Positions 59,890 through 64,000 of a DNA stretch of 64,000 nt are shown here, piece after piece. The stretch is from assembly GCA_963841015.1 (NCBI GenBank), contig CAWJAX010000005.1, positions 384,001 through 448,000 of the forward strand. The letters are read 5' to 3'. How positions within the stretch are numbered: position 1 is the first letter of the stretch; each line of letters starts with the position of its first letter. A program made the translations under genes and the position numbers. Under the pieces are notes generated by a model that searched no databases, had not been told where the DNA came from, and saw only the letters and a list, made by a program, of their open reading frames with translations. This DNA is from an uncultured Methanoregulaceae archaeon (GTDB lineage Archaea; Halobacteriota; Methanomicrobia; Methanomicrobiales; Methanospirillaceae).

Positions 59890-61542
59890 TTATTCCTGGA
59901 CGATTGATCGCACGGACAAAAACACCGGCCCCCGTACATCCACTTTTTTGTTGTTGTCGGTTACTGCCCGCATCGCGAATTCATCAATTATTAAGTTAAT
60001 GTCACTCGGGAGTTTTGCCATCTTTACCTGGACAACCGTGGATTTTTTACAACGGGCGCTCTCTTCAATCCTGGCTGCTGCAAGCGCTGCAACTGCGGAG
60101 AGATACGTTATGCCCGTTGAAATCCCTTCATTACGTACTTGTTTCCACTTTTCCGCATCCGGGACGCCGAGAATCGAGCCGTCGTGGACGAAGATCTCGT
60201 TGGCACATGCCGGGCCACAGAGCTTTGCATTGGATTCCGGCTCTTCGACAGCCACTTTCACAAGACTCCCTCCAAGAGTTCCTTCCCATGCATCGAACGA
60301 GCAGGGTCCTGGTGCAGTTCCATGTGCGGTGGCGATCCGAATAATCGCTGCAGCAAGCATCTTCCCTTCCGGTGATACGGGTTCTTCGCGCAACCTGACC
60401 GCACGGGCGATATCCCGGTTCGTGAGGGTTCTGGGGAAGAACTGGGGGAAACAGAGTTGCCGTACATCGTTTGCATTATATGCTATCATCGCGAGCCGTT
60501 CAACGCCGAGTCCGAGGTTCATGACAGGGACGCCAATACCGTATTCGGCAAGTGCTGAGGGGGAGTACATGCCAAAGGTGGCCACTTCCACCCAGCCATG
60601 TGCCGGGTGTCTTGCGTAGACTTCAGTCTGGGAATCCGGCATATAGTATTTGGAGCGCTTCTCGTCCGGCTGGAACCGGAAATCAGTATACCCGAATGCC
60701 GAGAGGAGTGCCATGCTTACTGCCTTTCCCTCTTCGTTGGTTATGTCCTCCCCTGCTACAATGCAGGACGCAGAATGATAGGTCATAAGGCGTGTCGGAC
60801 CCTCGGCCTGTTCACGACGAAAACAACGGTCGACCGAGAAGAGCCGGAGGGGCATCGGTGTATGTTCCCAGATGGCGCCAAGAGTCATAAACCAGCCGCT
60901 GGTCATATGACTGCGCAGCGTGCTGCGAGAGGACTCAGGGACCAGCGCCCGGAACTCCGGGAAGACTGCTTCAAGGATGTGTACGACAAGTGCATCATCC
61001 ACACCAAGTACCTTTGCCAGCTCTATGGTGAGTTCATCGCCATCTATCTCAGATTTCTTGTAAGCATGGAGGGTTTCACGTAAGCGCTCTTCGGTCTCTT
61101 TTGTCATCGTATGGTACGATGCATGATGATGGCTTTGACCAGCCGGGATCGAATCGTGATGCATGAGCGGACTCCGGTGGCTCTGCAGGATCTCGTTGAT
61201 CTCATCGAGCTGCTTCCTTGCAATTCCGACATTTGGCCTTGGGAGACCGCCGAGATAGAATACGCGGTCGAGCACAGCCATCGCTTCAGGACCAAATTGC
61301 CGGTAGATATCCTTTTCATCGATGATCACCGGGTTTTCAGCTTCGTCAAACCCCAGCGATAAATAGGTCTCGCGCAGCCGGTTTATCGTGGCAAAAACCG
61401 GATGCTCCTGCGCCCTTTTGTAGGTAAGAAACGGGTACTTTCCCTCACTTCCTGCAGGAGTCAGTACCGAAGGCCCTTCATGCCATGCCTCTTCGAAATT
61501 TTCATGCGTCTTTTTCTTCCAGTGTTCAGGATTGAACCTCAT
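59890..61542 (-). CDS. sepS: O-phosphoseryl-tRNA(Cys) synthetase
   Basis: [31 protein letters not shown] and [11 protein letters not shown] motifs; ATGA overlap with tyw1. Confidence 0.94.
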   Translation of the reverse strand: MRFNPEHWKKKTHENFEEAWHEGPSVLTPAGSEGKYPFLTYKRAQEHPVFATINRLRETYLSLGFDEAENPVIIDEKDIYRQFGPEAMAVLDRVFYLGGLPRPNVGIARKQLDEINEILQSHRSPLMHHDSIPAGQSHHHASYHTMTKETEERLRETLHAYKKSEIDGDELTIELAKVLGVDDALVVHILEAVFPEFRALVPESSRSTLRSHMTSGWFMTLGAIWEHTPMPLRLFSVDRCFRREQAEGPTRLMTYHSASCIVAGEDITNEEGKAVSMALLSAFGYTDFRFQPDEKRSKYYMPDSQTEVYARHPAHGWVEVATFGMYSPSALAEYGIGVPVMNLGLGVERLAMIAYNANDVRQLCFPQFFPRTLTNRDIARAVRLREEPVSPEGKMLAAAIIRIATAHGTAPGPCSFDAWEGTLGGSLVKVAVEEPESNAKLCGPACANEIFVHDGSILGVPDAEKWKQVRNEGISTGITYLSAVAALAAARIEESARCKKSTVVQVKMAKLPSDINLIIDEFAMRAVTDNNKKVDVRGPVFLSVRSIVQE

Positions 61543-62438
61543 TTCACATGCTCCAGGCAAACTACTCTGCTCAATGCATTCTCATCTTTGATCCGGTAAT
61601 CGCATGCAGCTGCTATCTTTTCGGCAAATGAGCGAACCAGCTTATGCTCCGGCATATTCTCGCGTACCAACCGTTTTCTACTGTATCCCAGATACATATA
61701 TCCCTTCACTTCAACGAACATCGAACCGGACTCCTGAAGGAGAGCTGCGTATTTTTCCGGCTCGATATCGTTCAATCCTTTTACTACCGTGATACGGACT
61801 GCAGAGCGGCGTGATCCGAGAAGAGCAAGACTCTCCTTTACCTGTTCCCAGTAATTGTCAAGCGGTCGACAGAGAGAAATATATGTTTCTTCATCCGGCG
61901 CATCAAGAGAGACATACATCTGGTACGGGTGGCAGCGGGCAAGCATGGTGGGATTTGTACCGTTACTCACCAGAAATGTTGTGTAACCTTTCCGGTTGAA
62001 CAGGTCGATGAGTTCGGGAAGCTGCCGGTAGAGTGTGGGTTCGCCGGAGAGCGAGATAGCCACCTGTTTTGGTTCCAGCGCCTCCTTCCACCGCTCTTCA
62101 GTAACGGTATTATCCAGAACAGCATTATACCCGGCAAGCGCCTTTTTCTGGAATTTTGGAATTCCCGCAAGGATTGTTTCCGGGGAGCACTCTTCTTCTT
62201 CCACCACTTCATGTTCAAATGAGCGCCAGCAGAAACGGCATCGCTGGTTGCAGCGCAGGGTTGGAGTCATCTGGACACAGCGGTGGCTGGCAATCCCGTA
62301 GAACTGGTGCTTGTAGCACATATCGCCGCCGGCAAGCGACCGTTTGCACCACATACAGGGCTTGAGCGCTGCTGATGATGTCTTTGAAAAAAACTGGTAA
62401 CCCTGCCTGCGCAGGGCATCACATGGTTCTGATGGCAT
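61539..62438 (-). CDS. tyw1: 4-demethylwyosine synthase (TYW1/Taw1 radical SAM)
   Basis: [24 protein letters not shown] and SLSGEPT motifs. Confidence 0.92.
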   Translation of the reverse strand: MPSEPCDALRRQGYQFFSKTSSAALKPCMWCKRSLAGGDMCYKHQFYGIASHRCVQMTPTLRCNQRCRFCWRSFEHEVVEEEECSPETILAGIPKFQKKALAGYNAVLDNTVTEERWKEALEPKQVAISLSGEPTLYRQLPELIDLFNRKGYTTFLVSNGTNPTMLARCHPYQMYVSLDAPDEETYISLCRPLDNYWEQVKESLALLGSRRSAVRITVVKGLNDIEPEKYAALLQESGSMFVEVKGYMYLGYSRKRLVRENMPEHKLVRSFAEKIAAACDYRIKDENALSRVVCLEHVK

Positions 62439-64000
62439 CGATTCCCAGCGTTTCGAGGGCTTCTTTCAAGGTATTCTGCACCGCCCTGACCAGTGTAAGC
62501 CGGCGATTTCGGATCATCCCCTCGCTTTTCAGGACCTGTTCGAAATGATAGAACGTGTTGAAGATATCCGCAAGTTCCCGGGAATAGGTGGCAAGTATGT
62601 GAGGGTGGAGCTCTGCTGCGATCTTTTCGATAACTGAGGGGAACTTGGCGATCTGCTTGGCGAGTGCAATCTCCTGCTCCGATTCAAGGTCGTAACATTC
62701 GGTGAATGTGCCTGCCTTCTCAAGAATACTGCAGGCACGGGCATGAGCATACTGTATGTATGGTCCGCTCTGGCGCTCGAAGTCCAGCGCCTCCTTCCAG
62801 TCAAAGACCGTGCTTTTCTCTGGAGTTACCTTTACTATATCATAGCGGATAGCGGCAAGACCGACCGATTTTGCGATTGACCTCCGCGTCTCTTCGTCCA
62901 GTTCCGGTCTCCTGATGGTGACTTCATCAAATGCACGTTTCCTGATCTCCATTATCAGGTCGTCAGCTGAAACGAATTTCCCGGCGCGGGTACTCATAGA
63001 ACCTTCCGGGAGGGAGACAAACTCGAAGTGGACGATCTCCGGAGCTTTATCTCCGAGAAGTTTCATGGTACACTGAAGTTGTGCTGCGATCAGTTTATGG
63101 TCGGCACCGAGAACATCAATGACACGGTCGAAGTTTGCCGCCTTCCATGCGTGGTAGGCGAGATCGCGTGCAGCGTAGACAGAAGTCCCGTCACTCCGCC
63201 GGATAACATATTTATTTGTAAAGCCGAATTCCTCAAGATCAAGAGCAAGGGTCTCTTCATCCCGTGCCTGGGGGAGTTTCCGCAGTTTTGCAATGATCCG
63301 GTCGGTATAGCCATTCCGGATGAAATCGCTTTCCCAGACGAAACGGTCATGCACTACATTGAGATCCTTCATTGTTACCTTGAACCCGTCAAGACAGCGG
63401 GAGACCTCCCGGCGAAATTTTTTTACTGCTGGCGGATCTCCATTTTCTACCAGCTGCATCAGGGTGTTTACCTGGAGGGTTATGGCAGGATCCCTTTCAA
63501 TTTCCCTGTTGGCAGCGATGTACACCCGGGCTATATGGGCATCCTCTTTCTCCCCTGACATTGGGGTGCTGTCAAGGTTATCAAATCCCCAGACAACGAT
63601 CGCAATCTGGCGTCCCATGTCATTGACATAGTACTGCACTTCCAGCCCGTACCCTGCCTTGCGGAACACCCGTGCCAGTGTATCACCGATGATTGAGTTC
63701 CTGATGTGCCCGACATGGAGGGGACCATTCGGGTTGGCACTTGTATGTTCTAAAACAACCCGGACTCCTTTTTTTGAGAGCGAACCATATCCGGGTTTAA
63801 CTGCCTCCTTCAATGCTTCACTGACATATTCTGCGCCGAAAATAAAGTTGATATAAGGCCCTTTTGCTTCAATAGTGATACCCTTGAGTGAGGGGTCTTT
63901 TACCAGCTCAGCTGCAAGGTCTTTTGCGATCAGGGCTGGAGCCTGTTTTCTTTGTTTTGCGAGTGTGAATGCTATGGTTGTGGCCAGATCGGCATGCTCC
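62419..64000 (-). CDS. argS: Arginyl-tRNA synthetase (5' end lies outside the window)
   Basis: EHTSANPNGPLHVGH, MSTR and YIQYAHAR motifs; frame is open to the window edge (EHADLA, GPYINF). Confidence 0.95.
   Translation of the reverse strand, partial: EHADLATTIAFTLAKQRKQAPALIAKDLAAELVKDPSLKGITIEAKGPYINFIFGAEYVSEALKEAVKPGYGSLSKKGVRVVLEHTSANPNGPLHVGHIRNSIIGDTLARVFRKAGYGLEVQYYVNDMGRQIAIVVWGFDNLDSTPMSGEKEDAHIARVYIAANREIERDPAITLQVNTLMQLVENGDPPAVKKFRREVSRCLDGFKVTMKDLNVVHDRFVWESDFIRNGYTDRIIAKLRKLPQARDEETLALDLEEFGFTNKYVIRRSDGTSVYAARDLAYHAWKAANFDRVIDVLGADHKLIAAQLQCTMKLLGDKAPEIVHFEFVSLPEGSMSTRAGKFVSADDLIMEIRKRAFDEVTIRRPELDEETRRSIAKSVGLAAIRYDIVKVTPEKSTVFDWKEALDFERQSGPYIQYAHARACSILEKAGTFTECYDLESEQEIALAKQIAKFPSVIEKIAAELHPHILATYSRELADIFNTFYHFEQVLKSEGMIRNRRLTLVRAVQNTLKEALETLGIDAIRTM

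Noticed and set aside
1-64000. Numerous antisense and alternate-frame ORFs in the track (for example 2625-3449, 13500-14210, 59948-60619)
   Set aside because: They shadow well-supported genes and show no recognisable motifs.

Overview
Archaeal chromosomal DNA from a hydrogenotrophic methanogen. Gene content and protein style point to Methanomicrobiales, probably Methanoregula-like (inference). Most of the window is housekeeping: a 2-oxoacid:ferredoxin oxidoreductase operon, a KhtTU-type K+/H+ antiporter, ribL, truA, a complete trpEGDCFBA operon, coenzyme F390 synthetase, tRNA-Gly and tRNA-Val, the eif2g to rpl40e superoperon, aglB with a glmM/glmU/glmU/glmS cluster, SufCB (SmsCB), a YprB-type nuclease plus DUF1998 helicase, and argS-tyw1-sepS. 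I saw no CRISPR array, integrase or transposase. The most notable observations are: (1) a 71-aa Lys-rich tandem-repeat protein with strong expression signals and flanking RNA hairpins, a candidate uncharacterised chromatin or RNA-binding protein; (2) two independent +1 frameshifts that both fall on AGTCTG and are repaired to AGCTG, possibly a methylation-linked sequencing artefact, with an orphan m4C-type methylase in the same window; (3) apparent non-canonical ATC and ATA start codons; (4) TrpY-type boxes and an upstream ORF before trpE; (5) a duplicated XRE operator; (6) a SPASM radical SAM enzyme next to two small Cys-rich proteins; (7) two structured intergenic candidate RNAs. All product calls come from motif recognition by eye; no database search was run.
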